Both the position numbers and the translations under genes were made by a program. DNA of 45,545 bases from Candidatus Onthoplasma faecigallinarum (GTDB taxonomy: Bacteria; Bacillota; Clostridia; Christensenellales; UBA1242), in NCBI GenBank assembly GCA_018715225.1, contig DVMB01000044.1:1-45545 (forward strand), given 5' to 3'. This document shows positions 7,837 to 18,043 of the stretch, piece after piece (positions within the stretch are counted from its first letter, which is position 1; every line of letters begins with the position of its first letter). The notes below the pieces were generated by a model that saw only the letters and a list, made by a program, of their open reading frames with translations, had not been told where the DNA came from and ran no database searches.

Positions 7837-7910
7837 TGGAGCGAGTGATGGGAGTCGAACCCACCTCATAGGCTTGGGAAGCCCACGTACTACCGATGTA
7901 CTACACCCGC
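7837..7910 (-). tRNA. tRNA-Gly (anticodon CCC)
   Basis: rc reads GCGGGTGTAGTACATCGGTAGTACGTGGGCTTCCCAAGCCTATGAGGTGGGTTCGACTCCCATCACTCGCTCCA. Anticodon loop is TTCCCAA, the discriminator is U73 as usual for Gly, and CCA is encoded. Confidence 0.85.
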
Positions 7911-7925
7911 ATAAGGCATAATTTT

Positions 7926-7954
7926 ATTATAGCATTTAATTTTGTGTTTGACAA
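7926..7954 (-). promoter_or_regulatory. candidate sigma-A promoter for tRNA-Gly (and ogt)
   Basis: Minus strand has TTGTCA, a 17-nt spacer, then TATAAT, ending ~15 nt before the tRNA-Gly 5' end. Confidence 0.55.
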
Positions 7955-7963
7955 TCTAATTTG

Positions 7964-7990
7964 AAAAAAAGAAGCAAATAAATTTGCCTC
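7964..7990 (-). terminator. rho-independent terminator of the nucleotidyltransferase gene
   Basis: Minus strand has hairpin gaggcaaa-ttta-tttgcttc (one mismatch) followed by a T-run, directly after the stop at 7991. Confidence 0.5.
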
Positions 7991-8794
7991 TTATATTTTT
8001 AATTCCTCATTTAGATTGGCGTACTCTTGCGGGGTGCCGATGTCGCAGAATCTACCCGGTATCTCAAAGGCGTAGGCAGAAGTTTTCTTGATCAAATGCG
8101 ACATAAAATATCCCATGCTGTCCCTTTTCTTTGGGTCATTTTCGTATTTTATCATATATCTATCTATAAGGTTTAGGTCATCTCTATTGATTATATACAT
8201 AGCAAGAGAGACGATGTTTGATCTCAAATTCTCTATGCCAGGTTTTTCGTCCAACGAGACGATCCTATGCAATTCGTCCACATTTAGTATGCCGAAGTTC
8301 TCTGCTATGAATTCTCTATCTTTGTCTGGATGAGTTTTTGATGCTATCATGTTGATTCTAGACTTTGACAAGGAAGTGAGATAGTCATATGTGTCCACAA
8401 ACTCGTTTAGGTCAAATTCAAAATAGTTGTCACTGCCCATGATCAAAATATCATCTGTATATGCCTCAGGTATGCGGTGATTGGCTATCTGTATGGCACG
8501 ATTCGCTCCTGTAGCATTTTCTACACTTGTAGAATTGTCGCTGTACATTGATATTGGGGCGTATGAGTGATATTGCCCGCATACGGATAAAATTTGGTTG
8601 AAATATTTATTGTTCGTAATGATGATGATCTCATCTATACTTTTTATTTGGTTGATTTTGTCCAATAAGTAAACCAATATTGGCATCTTTTTTCCATGTA
8701 CATTGATGTTTAACAAAGTCTTTGGAATCTCGCCGTTGTTTGTTATACTATTCAATCTTTTTGCATATCCTGCCGCTAAAATTACTGCTTTCAT
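7991..8794 (-). CDS. sugar-phosphate nucleotidyltransferase family protein
   Basis: N-terminal MKAVILAAGYAKRL matches the LAAGxGxRL nucleotide-binding signature of NTP_transferase enzymes. 267 aa. Confidence 0.7.
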   Translation of the reverse strand: MKAVILAAGYAKRLNSITNNGEIPKTLLNINVHGKKMPILVYLLDKINQIKSIDEIIIITNNKYFNQILSVCGQYHSYAPISMYSDNSTSVENATGANRAIQIANHRIPEAYTDDILIMGSDNYFEFDLNEFVDTYDYLTSLSKSRINMIASKTHPDKDREFIAENFGILNVDELHRIVSLDEKPGIENLRSNIVSLAMYIINRDDLNLIDRYMIKYENDPKKRDSMGYFMSHLIKKTSAYAFEIPGRFCDIGTPQEYANLNEELKI

Positions 8795-8869
8795 GTCATC
8801 TCCTAGACATAGTATAACATTTGTTAATTATTTTGCAAACGAATTTGTGTGGTTTTTAACCTTTTGTTT

Positions 8870-9457
8870 TTAATATATCAACAAGATCACGAAAGACTTC
8901 AAAATCGTCAAAATTATACAAAACGCTATGCTGACTAAAAGAAGAGCTAGGCTCAAAATCATTATATCTTGGCGACGAAAACAGCTGCTAAAGTAATTGT
9001 GGCAATGCGAATTTTCTACACATAGACATATCAACATCATGAAAAGAAAGATGTTAAAAAATATGTACACTAGCAAAAGTATCAACAAAATTATTGTGTT
9101 AAAAAAACCGTATATCAGCAAAATGCTGGTGAAGATTACCGCCTGACTATATACAAAATAAAGATAGAATATTATGCTGAGCGGTATAAAATATCTTTTA
9201 CAACAACAAGAAAAAATGATTATATAAAAGATAATTATGTTTATAAGCGACCCGAATATTAAAAAGGCAAAACCGCAATCATCTTTTAGAAACTTTATGT
9301 AACTGATGTTGTTTAGGTCTATTACCAACACTCCGCCGTCAAAGTTTATCGCACTGATTACCCCAAGTACAATCATTATTATAGATGATATGATTAATAA
9401 TATAAAAAATCCTTTTCTGGCCCTTATTGAATCAAACACGGAATGAAAAATGTTCAT
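8870..9457 (-). CDS. hypothetical polytopic membrane protein
   Basis: 195 aa, about 5 hydrophobic segments, Cys-rich patches (FSCCCKRYF, CLCVENSHCH). No family recognised. Confidence 0.55.
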   Translation of the reverse strand: MNIFHSVFDSIRARKGFFILLIISSIIMIVLGVISAINFDGGVLVIDLNNISYIKFLKDDCGFAFLIFGSLINIIIFYIIIFSCCCKRYFIPLSIIFYLYFVYSQAVIFTSILLIYGFFNTIILLILLLVYIFFNIFLFMMLICLCVENSHCHNYFSSCFRRQDIMILSLALLLVSIAFCIILTILKSFVILLIY

Positions 9458-9531
9458 AATATACTTTATGATTATTTTGTAAGATTTAGTATTAATTTGT
9501 ATTTTGCCTTAATGCACAATTTTCTATTTTA

Positions 9532-11005
<1,474 letters not shown>

Positions 11006-11013
11006 TTCAAAAA

Positions 11014-11040
11014 GGCTAGACAAAAGAGTCTAGCTTTTTT
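11014..11040 (+). terminator. rho-independent terminator
   Basis: ggctagac-aaaaga-gtctagc followed by TTTTTT, directly after the stop of the collagen-like gene. Confidence 0.7.
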
Positions 11041-11176
11041 ATGCAGTTTTGTGTGGCTAAAATTTTTCAAATCTAAAATTGACAGAATGAATTTTTTAAT
11101 TATTGCAAATTTGTTGGAAAAACAACATAATTGATAAATATTTAATGTTATACTGCTCATATAAAAGGGGATACAT

Positions 11177-13426
11177 ATGAATAAATTCAATTATGAAGCA
11201 TGGAACGGATTCAAAGGTCAAAAATGGAAAGACAACATAGATATCTCTTCGTTTATTGACAGCAATTATACGGAATATACTGGGGATGACAGTTTCCTTG
11301 AGACAAAGTCTATAAAGACTGGCGAAGTTTGGGCAAGGTGTGAAAAATTACTGGCAAAGGAACGAAAAGTAGGTCTATTGGATGTGGAACTCAATAGGAT
11401 ATCTGGCATTAATAACTTCAAGCCAGGATATATTGACAGGAAAAACGAGGTCATTGTGGGGCTACAAACTGACAAACCGCTAAAGAGGATTGTCAATCCT
11501 TTTGGGGGCCTTAGAATGGTGCAGAATGCGCTGAAAGCCTACAATCTCAAGATGAATCCAAGACTAGAGAAAATATTTAGTGATGAAATTAGGAAGACTC
11601 ACAATGACGGCGTGTTTGATGCCTATACGCCAGATATTAGAAAAGCAAGGAGTGCTGGGTTAATCACTGGTTTGCCTGATGCGTATGGTAGGGGAAGAAT
11701 TATTGGAGATTATAGGCGAGTCGCTTTGTATGGTATTGATAGGCTGATAGCAGAAAAAGAAAATGACCTATTGAAACCTCAACTTTTGAAAATAGATAGT
11801 GAGGAAGTGATCCGCTTGCGAGAGGAGATCCATGAGCAAATTCGTGCATTGGATAAAATAAAGCAGATGGCATTTAGTTACGGATACGACATATCTCTAC
11901 CTGCTCGCAACGCACAAGAGGCATTCCAATGGACGTACTTTGCTTATCTTGCTAGCGTCAAAGAGAACAATGGTGCAGCAATGAGCTTAGGTAGAGTATC
12001 CACCTTTTTGGATATATATGTGGAGCGAGACATAAAAAATGGAGTATTGACCGAATATGACGCTCAGGAGTTGGTGGACCAATTTACTATCAAATTGAGA
12101 TTGGTTCGTCATCTGCGTACTCCTGAATATGACGAAGTTTTCGCAGGCGACCCTACCTGGGTTACTGAGAGCATTGGCGGGATGTTGGATGAAAAGAAGA
12201 GTTTGGTTACTAAAAACTCATTTAGATTTTTACATAGTTTGATAAATCTCGACCCTAGTCCAGAACCAAATTTGACAATATTGTGGTCAAATGGACTCCC
12301 TGAAAACTTCAAGAAATATTGTGCCAAAATTTCGATTTTGACCGACAGCATACAATACGAAAGCGATGATGCCATGCGTCCAATATATGGGCATGATTAT
12401 GCCATTGCCTGCTGTGTGTCCGCCATGAAGGTGGGAAAGCAAATGCAATTCTTTGGTGCGAGATGCAATCTAGCAAAATCGCTGTTGTATTCTATAAATG
12501 GTGGCGTGGACGAAAAATCTAACAAATTAGTAGTCGACGGCATTGAGCCAATCAAAGATGAAGTGCTAGATTATGAAAAGGTCAAAAAAGCATATTTCAA
12601 GACCTTAGAGAAAATTGCGAAGACATATGTGGATGCGTTGAACATCATTCATTATATGCATGACAAGTACGCATACGAAGCAGGGCAGATGGCGTTGCAT
12701 GACAGTTTTGTAGAACGCTTGATGGCATTTGGTGTGGCAGGTTTGAGCGTGGCGACAGATTCGCTCTCTGCCATAAAATATGCCAAAGTATATCCTATTC
12801 GAAACGAGAATGGGGTGGCGGTTGATTTCAAAATAGAGGGAGAATTTCCTAAATATGGGAATGATGACGACTCGGTAGACCAGATAGCAGTGGATATTGT
12901 CAAACATTTTATCAAGTGTTTGAGAAAACACAAATTGTATAGGAATGCAATTCATACTTTGTCCGCATTGACTATCACTTCCAACGTGATGTATGGCAAA
13001 AAGACTGGCACCACTCCTGACGGGAGAAAAGCAGGCGAACCTTTTGCTCCAGGGGCAAACCCTATGCACGGCAGAGATTGTTCGGGGGCTTTGGCATCAC
13101 TCAATTCGGTGGCAAAGATACCTTATTGTAACGTCTGCCAAGACGGCATTTCAAACACTTTCTCTATTGTGCCTAACGCTTTGGGTAGGGATGAAAATGA
13201 GCGTATCAAAAATTTGGTTTCAATTTTGGACGGATATTTCAAACAAGGGGCACAACACATCAATGTCAACGTCTTGAATAGAGAAAAACTGATTGATGCA
13301 ATGAACCATCCAGATAAATATCCAACTTTGACAATTCGAGTGTCCGGATATGCGGTCAATTTCAACAAACTATCTCGTGCACATCAAGAGGAAGTCATTG
13401 CACGTACTTTCCATGAAAAAATTTAA
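11177..13426 (+). CDS. pflB: formate C-acetyltransferase (pyruvate formate-lyase)
   Basis: 749 aa with the active-site Cys-Cys (IACCVSAMK) and the C-terminal glycyl-radical motif [11 protein letters not shown]. Confidence 0.95.
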   Translation: MNKFNYEAWNGFKGQKWKDNIDISSFIDSNYTEYTGDDSFLETKSIKTGEVWARCEKLLAKERKVGLLDVELNRISGINNFKPGYIDRKNEVIVGLQTDKPLKRIVNPFGGLRMVQNALKAYNLKMNPRLEKIFSDEIRKTHNDGVFDAYTPDIRKARSAGLITGLPDAYGRGRIIGDYRRVALYGIDRLIAEKENDLLKPQLLKIDSEEVIRLREEIHEQIRALDKIKQMAFSYGYDISLPARNAQEAFQWTYFAYLASVKENNGAAMSLGRVSTFLDIYVERDIKNGVLTEYDAQELVDQFTIKLRLVRHLRTPEYDEVFAGDPTWVTESIGGMLDEKKSLVTKNSFRFLHSLINLDPSPEPNLTILWSNGLPENFKKYCAKISILTDSIQYESDDAMRPIYGHDYAIACCVSAMKVGKQMQFFGARCNLAKSLLYSINGGVDEKSNKLVVDGIEPIKDEVLDYEKVKKAYFKTLEKIAKTYVDALNIIHYMHDKYAYEAGQMALHDSFVERLMAFGVAGLSVATDSLSAIKYAKVYPIRNENGVAVDFKIEGEFPKYGNDDDSVDQIAVDIVKHFIKCLRKHKLYRNAIHTLSALTITSNVMYGKKTGTTPDGRKAGEPFAPGANPMHGRDCSGALASLNSVAKIPYCNVCQDGISNTFSIVPNALGRDENERIKNLVSILDGYFKQGAQHINVNVLNREKLIDAMNHPDKYPTLTIRVSGYAVNFNKLSRAHQEEVIARTFHEKI

Positions 13427-13434
13427 TTGAAAAT

Positions 13435-14151
13435 ATGAGTGAAGTTTTAGGTAAAGTTAGTAGTATAGAGACATTAGGTTTGGTCGACGGCCCTGGAGTG
13501 AGGTTTGTCGTTTTCTTGCAAGGCTGCAGGCTGAGGTGTCAGTATTGTCATAACCCAGAGACATGGGACATCTCAGGCAAGGCTGAAAGCATAAGTGCAC
13601 AAGACTTATTTGAAAAGATAAAGAGATACACAAATTATTATGGGGCTGATGGCGGAGTAACCTTTTCGGGCGGAGAGCCATTGTTGCAACCCGAGTTTTT
13701 GTGTGAATGTCTAAAATTATGCAAGAAGCATGGTATCAACACATGCTTAGATACCGCTGGCGTAGGGTTGGGAGATTATGACGAGATCCTAAAATATGTT
13801 GACCTTGTAATATTGGATGTAAAAGCGGTGGACAAAGATGAATATAAGTTCATAACAGGTCAGGATATAAAATATTTTGAAAAGTTTTTGCTCGACTGTA
13901 TTCGCCTGAAAAAGAGATTGTGGATAAGGCAGGTGATTGTACCAAACATCAATGACGATGTCGAGCATGTAGAGAAATTGAACAGATTTGTCGAAAATAT
14001 CCCGAATGTCGAAAAAGTGGAATTGTTGCCATACAAGACACTAGGAGTCCATAAATACAAGGATTTAAATATACCTTACAGACTGGACGGAGTGCAAGAC
14101 ATGAACGAGGAGAAACTAAATTTTCTATCATCAAAATTAAAGAAGAGATAG
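13435..14151 (+). CDS. pflA: pyruvate formate-lyase activating enzyme (radical SAM)
   Basis: CxxxCxxC cluster motif (GCRLRCQYCHNPE), GGVTFSGGEPLLQ, 8 nt downstream of pflB. Confidence 0.95.
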   Translation: MSEVLGKVSSIETLGLVDGPGVRFVVFLQGCRLRCQYCHNPETWDISGKAESISAQDLFEKIKRYTNYYGADGGVTFSGGEPLLQPEFLCECLKLCKKHGINTCLDTAGVGLGDYDEILKYVDLVILDVKAVDKDEYKFITGQDIKYFEKFLLDCIRLKKRLWIRQVIVPNINDDVEHVEKLNRFVENIPNVEKVELLPYKTLGVHKYKDLNIPYRLDGVQDMNEEKLNFLSSKLKKR

Positions 14152-14165
14152 TAGGGTAAAAATAT

Positions 14166-14197
14166 AAAAAATTGAGTGTTTGGCACTCAATTTTTTT
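14166..14197. terminator. bidirectional rho-independent terminator between pflA and spoIVB
   Basis: An A-run, hairpin attgagtg-tttgg-cactcaat, then a T-run, between convergent genes. Confidence 0.7.
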
Positions 14198-14209
14198 GTC
14201 CACTATCTT

Positions 14210-15430
14210 TTAATTGTCTATCATCCAATCAATATATACGCCGTATCCACGTGTAGGGTCATTGATTAGCACGTGAGTGATTGCTCCTATGATTTTGCCA
14301 TTTTGAACAATGGGGCTTCCGCTCATTCCCTGAATGATACCGCCAGTTTTTTCTAGAAGCTCTTTGTCCGTAACTTTTATTGTCATGCTTTTGTCGTCCG
14401 CTTCATTTTGTTTGTTTGCTTTGATGATCTTTATGTCATACGCCTTCACGCCTTCGTTATCTAGTGCACAATATATCTTTGCGTCCCCTAGTTTGACACT
14501 CAATCTTCCGCCAAGAGTGGCCGTCCTATCTGCGTCTATGATGCTCTTGTTTAGGATATTTCCATATACGCCATATTTGCAGTTTGTATCAGCGAGGCCT
14601 ATTGAATCATCGCTTAGGTTGATTGACGAACGAATTTCGCCAGGGTTATTCTTTTCTCCCTTTTTGATGCCTAGAAGTCTACATTTATATATGTTTCCAC
14701 TCTCTACATTAAAGTTAGAACCGAGACTGCTATCTACGATTGGGTGGCCTACTGCACCGAATCTAAAATTAGATTGTTTGATGTAGGTCAATGTGCCAAC
14801 TCCGCTTGCATTGTTCCTAACCCACAAGCCCAACTTGTATTTTTGTGATAATAGGTCGTATACTGGGGTAATTTTTGTGTTGATTTCTTGGTCATTGCGT
14901 TTGATCGTAACGGTCAGTTCCTTGCTCTGAAATTTTGGTAGATTGATTATCCTATCAATATCCTGAATATTGTTGATCTCTATATCTTCAATTTTTAGTA
15001 TCGCATCGCCATCCTGTATCTCGCTCTCTTTGATAGGCTCTTTTGTGCCTTCCTTGGTTACGACTGCATTGCTACCGACACAGATGACTCCCTCACTGAA
15101 CAAATTAAATCCAACAGTCTCTCCACCCACATACACGTCTGTGTCTGTCAAGAGTCGAACGTTGACTTTCTTGATTGTGAAAATGTCGAAGAGTTTTATT
15201 TTTAGGACTGTATCTGTCAGTTCGCCATTTGTCGCTACATTGATATTTTTTGGTAACTCCATGTTTATCAATGGAGAATATTGATTCGAGTCATTGACTT
15301 CCTCTATATCGCTATATGTAACGACCATCTCGTCAGGGAGTTCGTTGATTTGCTTTATCGTAGGCAACAAAAAAGCCGTGCAGACCATTACAAATATAAT
15401 CGCAAATGACACCCAAAATACTTTTTTCAT
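14210..15430 (-). CDS. spoIVB: SpoIVB peptidase (S55 family, sporulation signalling protease)
   Basis: N-terminal TM, a PDZ-like region, and the C-terminal serine-protease signature GGIIQGMSGSPIVQNGKIIGAITHV. The start was trimmed to MKKVFWVSF. Confidence 0.85.
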   Translation of the reverse strand: MKKVFWVSFAIIFVMVCTAFLLPTIKQINELPDEMVVTYSDIEEVNDSNQYSPLINMELPKNINVATNGELTDTVLKIKLFDIFTIKKVNVRLLTDTDVYVGGETVGFNLFSEGVICVGSNAVVTKEGTKEPIKESEIQDGDAILKIEDIEINNIQDIDRIINLPKFQSKELTVTIKRNDQEINTKITPVYDLLSQKYKLGLWVRNNASGVGTLTYIKQSNFRFGAVGHPIVDSSLGSNFNVESGNIYKCRLLGIKKGEKNNPGEIRSSINLSDDSIGLADTNCKYGVYGNILNKSIIDADRTATLGGRLSVKLGDAKIYCALDNEGVKAYDIKIIKANKQNEADDKSMTIKVTDKELLEKTGGIIQGMSGSPIVQNGKIIGAITHVLINDPTRGYGVYIDWMIDN

Positions 15431-15485
15431 TGAAAACTCCTGAGCGTATTTTGTGTTGTTAATTTGAAAAATATTATACAAATCT

Positions 15486-15514
15486 ATTGACAAAAAATAG
15501 AAATAAGTTTAAAA
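15486..15514 (+). promoter_or_regulatory. candidate sigma-A promoter of rpsO
   Basis: TTGACA, a 17-nt spacer, then TAAAAT. Confidence 0.6.
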
Positions 15515-15524
15515 TACACACATA

Positions 15525-15567
15525 CTTTGACAATAGTTGAACGAAGACTCGACGCCGACATTGTCAA
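15525..15567 (+). promoter_or_regulatory. rpsO leader hairpin (candidate S15 autoregulatory structure)
   Basis: A 9-bp stem tttgacaat/attgtcaaa encloses a 25-nt GC-richer loop between the predicted TSS and the RBS. Confidence 0.4.
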
Positions 15568-15589
15568 AAGCGTATTAAAAGGAGAGAGT

Positions 15590-15850
15590 ATGAAAATCAA
15601 TAAGGCTGAAATCATCAAAGAGTTTGGCAAAGATGAAAAAGACACTGGTAGTGTTGAAGTGCAAGTAGCTCTTCTTACTGCAAGGATAAAGAACCTTACC
15701 GAACACTTGAAAGCTAACAAACAGGATAAACATTCCACACGTGGTTTGAACAAAATGGTATCACAGCGTAAAAAATTGTTAGAATACTTGTCTAGACAAG
15801 ACATCAGTAGAGCACGTAGCCTAAAAGCAAAACTTGGCATTCGTGGATAG
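15590..15850 (+). CDS. rpsO: 30S ribosomal protein S15
   Basis: [67 protein letters not shown] is a typical S15. GGAGAG RBS. The track ORF had a spurious 21-aa extension. Confidence 0.95.
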   Translation: MKINKAEIIKEFGKDEKDTGSVEVQVALLTARIKNLTEHLKANKQDKHSTRGLNKMVSQRKKLLEYLSRQDISRARSLKAKLGIRG

Positions 15851-15853
15851 ATG

Positions 15854-15877
15854 AAAGCGACTCAGGTCGCTTTTTTT
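15854..15877 (+). terminator. rho-independent terminator of rpsO
   Basis: aaagcgac-tcag-gtcgcttt followed by a T-run. Confidence 0.8.
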
Positions 15878-15919
15878 ATTTGTTTGACAGTTTCAAAAAT
15901 ATTTGATATAAATTTTTAC

Positions 15920-16978
15920 ATGGAAGAGACAAAAAACGAAATAGTTGAATCTGTTCAACCAAAAATAGAAAACAAAATTGTCATTCAAAGGAAGTCGAAT
16001 TTTGAACTTTTGAGAATCATTGCTATGATAATGATTACTTTTTCTAATATTGCCAGTTATGGAGATTATGCGTCCACATTGATGGAATCTGGGCTTTGGT
16101 TCAATAAAATTCTTCACTCGTTGATGACTGTTGGCGGGTATGTGGGTGCAAATTTATATGTGCTGATTTCCGCTTATTTCCTGTGCAAGACAGAGAAGTT
16201 TAATTTGAAGAAACTTTTGAATATTTCATCGATTACAGCGTTGTATTCAATTGGCTTCTTTGTAGTGTTTTCTATTGTGAACAGCGGTAATTTTACTCTT
16301 CAAAACTTTTTAGGGGCGGTTTTACCTATCATTTATCAAACCTATTGGTTTGTAACTGTGTATTTTGTCATGCTATTGGTCTCTCCACTTCTAAATATTA
16401 TTATAAGGAATATAAATGCCAAGCAACATCTTATCATTTGCGGTGTCATGCTGAGTATGTATGTCTTGATCAACGCTCTCACAGGTCATTCTTTTGATAT
16501 GTCTAGAGTTGACTGGTTTATAGCACTCTATTTTTGTGGCTCTTTTATTAGAATCTATGCAGATAAAATCAAGATAAATTATGTTCTCTTTATTCTTATT
16601 ACCATATTGAATTTTATAGTGATGACAGTTGGTGCATTTCTACAGACTGACGGAATGGAAATAAATTCTATCTTGATTGTGTTGTCGTCTTTGTTTATAT
16701 TTTTGATGTTTTCTAAGTTTACATTTACCTCAAAGACAGTAAACTTCATAGCACGCCATACCTTTGGCATGTACTTGTTCCAGGATTATTTCTTGTTCAG
16801 GTCGGTACTATATGTCTCAATATTTAATTTTCCACATTTTGCTACTACGCCGTATTTTATATTGATGATTTTTGCTTGTTTGGTGTTTGTGTTTGTCTGT
16901 GCCCTCGTGATTGAGTCTATAAGGAAATTGTTTGTCTGGATAGGTCGCAACATTGCTCTAAGCATCAAAACTAGATAA
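15920..16978 (+). CDS. acyltransferase-3 family integral membrane protein (O-acyltransferase candidate)
   Basis: ~10 hydrophobic helices with an N-terminal NFELLRIIAMIMI pattern typical of acyltransferase_3. The start was moved downstream of the rpsO terminator, which lies inside the track ORF. Confidence 0.55.
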   Translation: MEETKNEIVESVQPKIENKIVIQRKSNFELLRIIAMIMITFSNIASYGDYASTLMESGLWFNKILHSLMTVGGYVGANLYVLISAYFLCKTEKFNLKKLLNISSITALYSIGFFVVFSIVNSGNFTLQNFLGAVLPIIYQTYWFVTVYFVMLLVSPLLNIIIRNINAKQHLIICGVMLSMYVLINALTGHSFDMSRVDWFIALYFCGSFIRIYADKIKINYVLFILITILNFIVMTVGAFLQTDGMEINSILIVLSSLFIFLMFSKFTFTSKTVNFIARHTFGMYLFQDYFLFRSVLYVSIFNFPHFATTPYFILMIFACLVFVFVCALVIESIRKLFVWIGRNIALSIKTR

Positions 16979-17098
16979 TTTAGGCTAAAAAAGTTTGAAA
17001 ATATGTTTGATAAATATATTTTTATGTGGTATTCTAATTATATAAATATTGGATAATTTACTATTTTATAGTATTTTCAACAATTTAAGGGGTAAATT

Positions 17099-17941
17099 AT
17101 GGAAGAATATAATGTGAATTATTTACATTCTTTTGTAGCACCAAGTGATGACATAAAAAAGATTACGAAAAGCAAAAAAGGCTTTGTCGAATCTTTTGTG
17201 GAGATTTTGGAAAATAATGTTGGAAAAGAGTATTATGAGTTTTTGTATGCAATGTACGAAAATTTCTTTAGTCTAATCAGGGGCAACGCTCGCTATCACG
17301 AGGTAGTCAATGAAAATAATTCATACCTAGATAGTTATAAACTCAAAGTAAACGAGTTAGACGAAATTTTATTGAAATACAACAAGCCCCTAAAATCTAT
17401 CTATGAAGATATGATAGATGTAAATTATCAAGAAAATTTAGATGCAATGTTGGAAGAATTGACCGAAGCAGTAAATTCGGCTTCTCAAATTGTACGTGAG
17501 GCGAACGAGATGATCAAGCCAACCGTTGAATTGGAAGCTGAGATAAAAACCTTGAAAGAGAGTCTAAAAAATTACATAAAAGAGATAAATCAAATTTACA
17601 AAAAATTGTACAACATTGGAGAACTCAAAATATTTAGCAATAGTTGCAAGGAAGAATGTAGAGAGATGTTCTTCCAGTATGCCACAACTGACAAGAATAA
17701 AATTGATGAGAAATTGGACAAGATATTTGAATATTTGTGGAACCAATCTATAAATGAAGCAAACATTTTAAATGCTTGTGCCAACAAGGCTAAGGAAATT
17801 GCTAAGAAACTAAAGACGGGTACGGAAGATATAAGTGAGGCGGATGTCGAACAAGCGAATAGTTGTTTTGCTCAATTGGAACAGTATGGAAGAGAGTTGT
17901 CCATTGTTGCGGATGATGATCTGTTGAAAAACGCCAATTAA
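17099..17941 (+). CDS. hypothetical protein (helical/coiled-coil-rich)
   Basis: 280-aa ORF with an AAGGGG RBS. No motif recognised. Confidence 0.55.
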   Translation: MEEYNVNYLHSFVAPSDDIKKITKSKKGFVESFVEILENNVGKEYYEFLYAMYENFFSLIRGNARYHEVVNENNSYLDSYKLKVNELDEILLKYNKPLKSIYEDMIDVNYQENLDAMLEELTEAVNSASQIVREANEMIKPTVELEAEIKTLKESLKNYIKEINQIYKKLYNIGELKIFSNSCKEECREMFFQYATTDKNKIDEKLDKIFEYLWNQSINEANILNACANKAKEIAKKLKTGTEDISEADVEQANSCFAQLEQYGRELSIVADDDLLKNAN

Positions 17942-18043
17942 TTTTTTACAAATTAGTCAATATTAATTTCAAATTTGTTTTTGAAATTGATATCTTTTTT
18001 TTGCACAATATGGTATAATTTTATAGATACTATAAGGAGATTT

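Noticed and set aside
7835-7864. First 10 codons of the track ORF for ogt (MGSTPITRSN)
   Set aside because: They overlap the 3' part of tRNA-Gly. The start was moved to the next Met at 7834.
12605-13368. Several 80-150-aa ORFs antisense or out of frame within pflB (12605..13069, 12652..12933, 12993..13277, 13123..13368); similar ORFs occur inside pflA, spoIVB, pnp, ftsK and the flavoprotein gene
   Set aside because: They are embedded in well-supported conserved genes, have no RBS, and their composition is typical of shadow frames.
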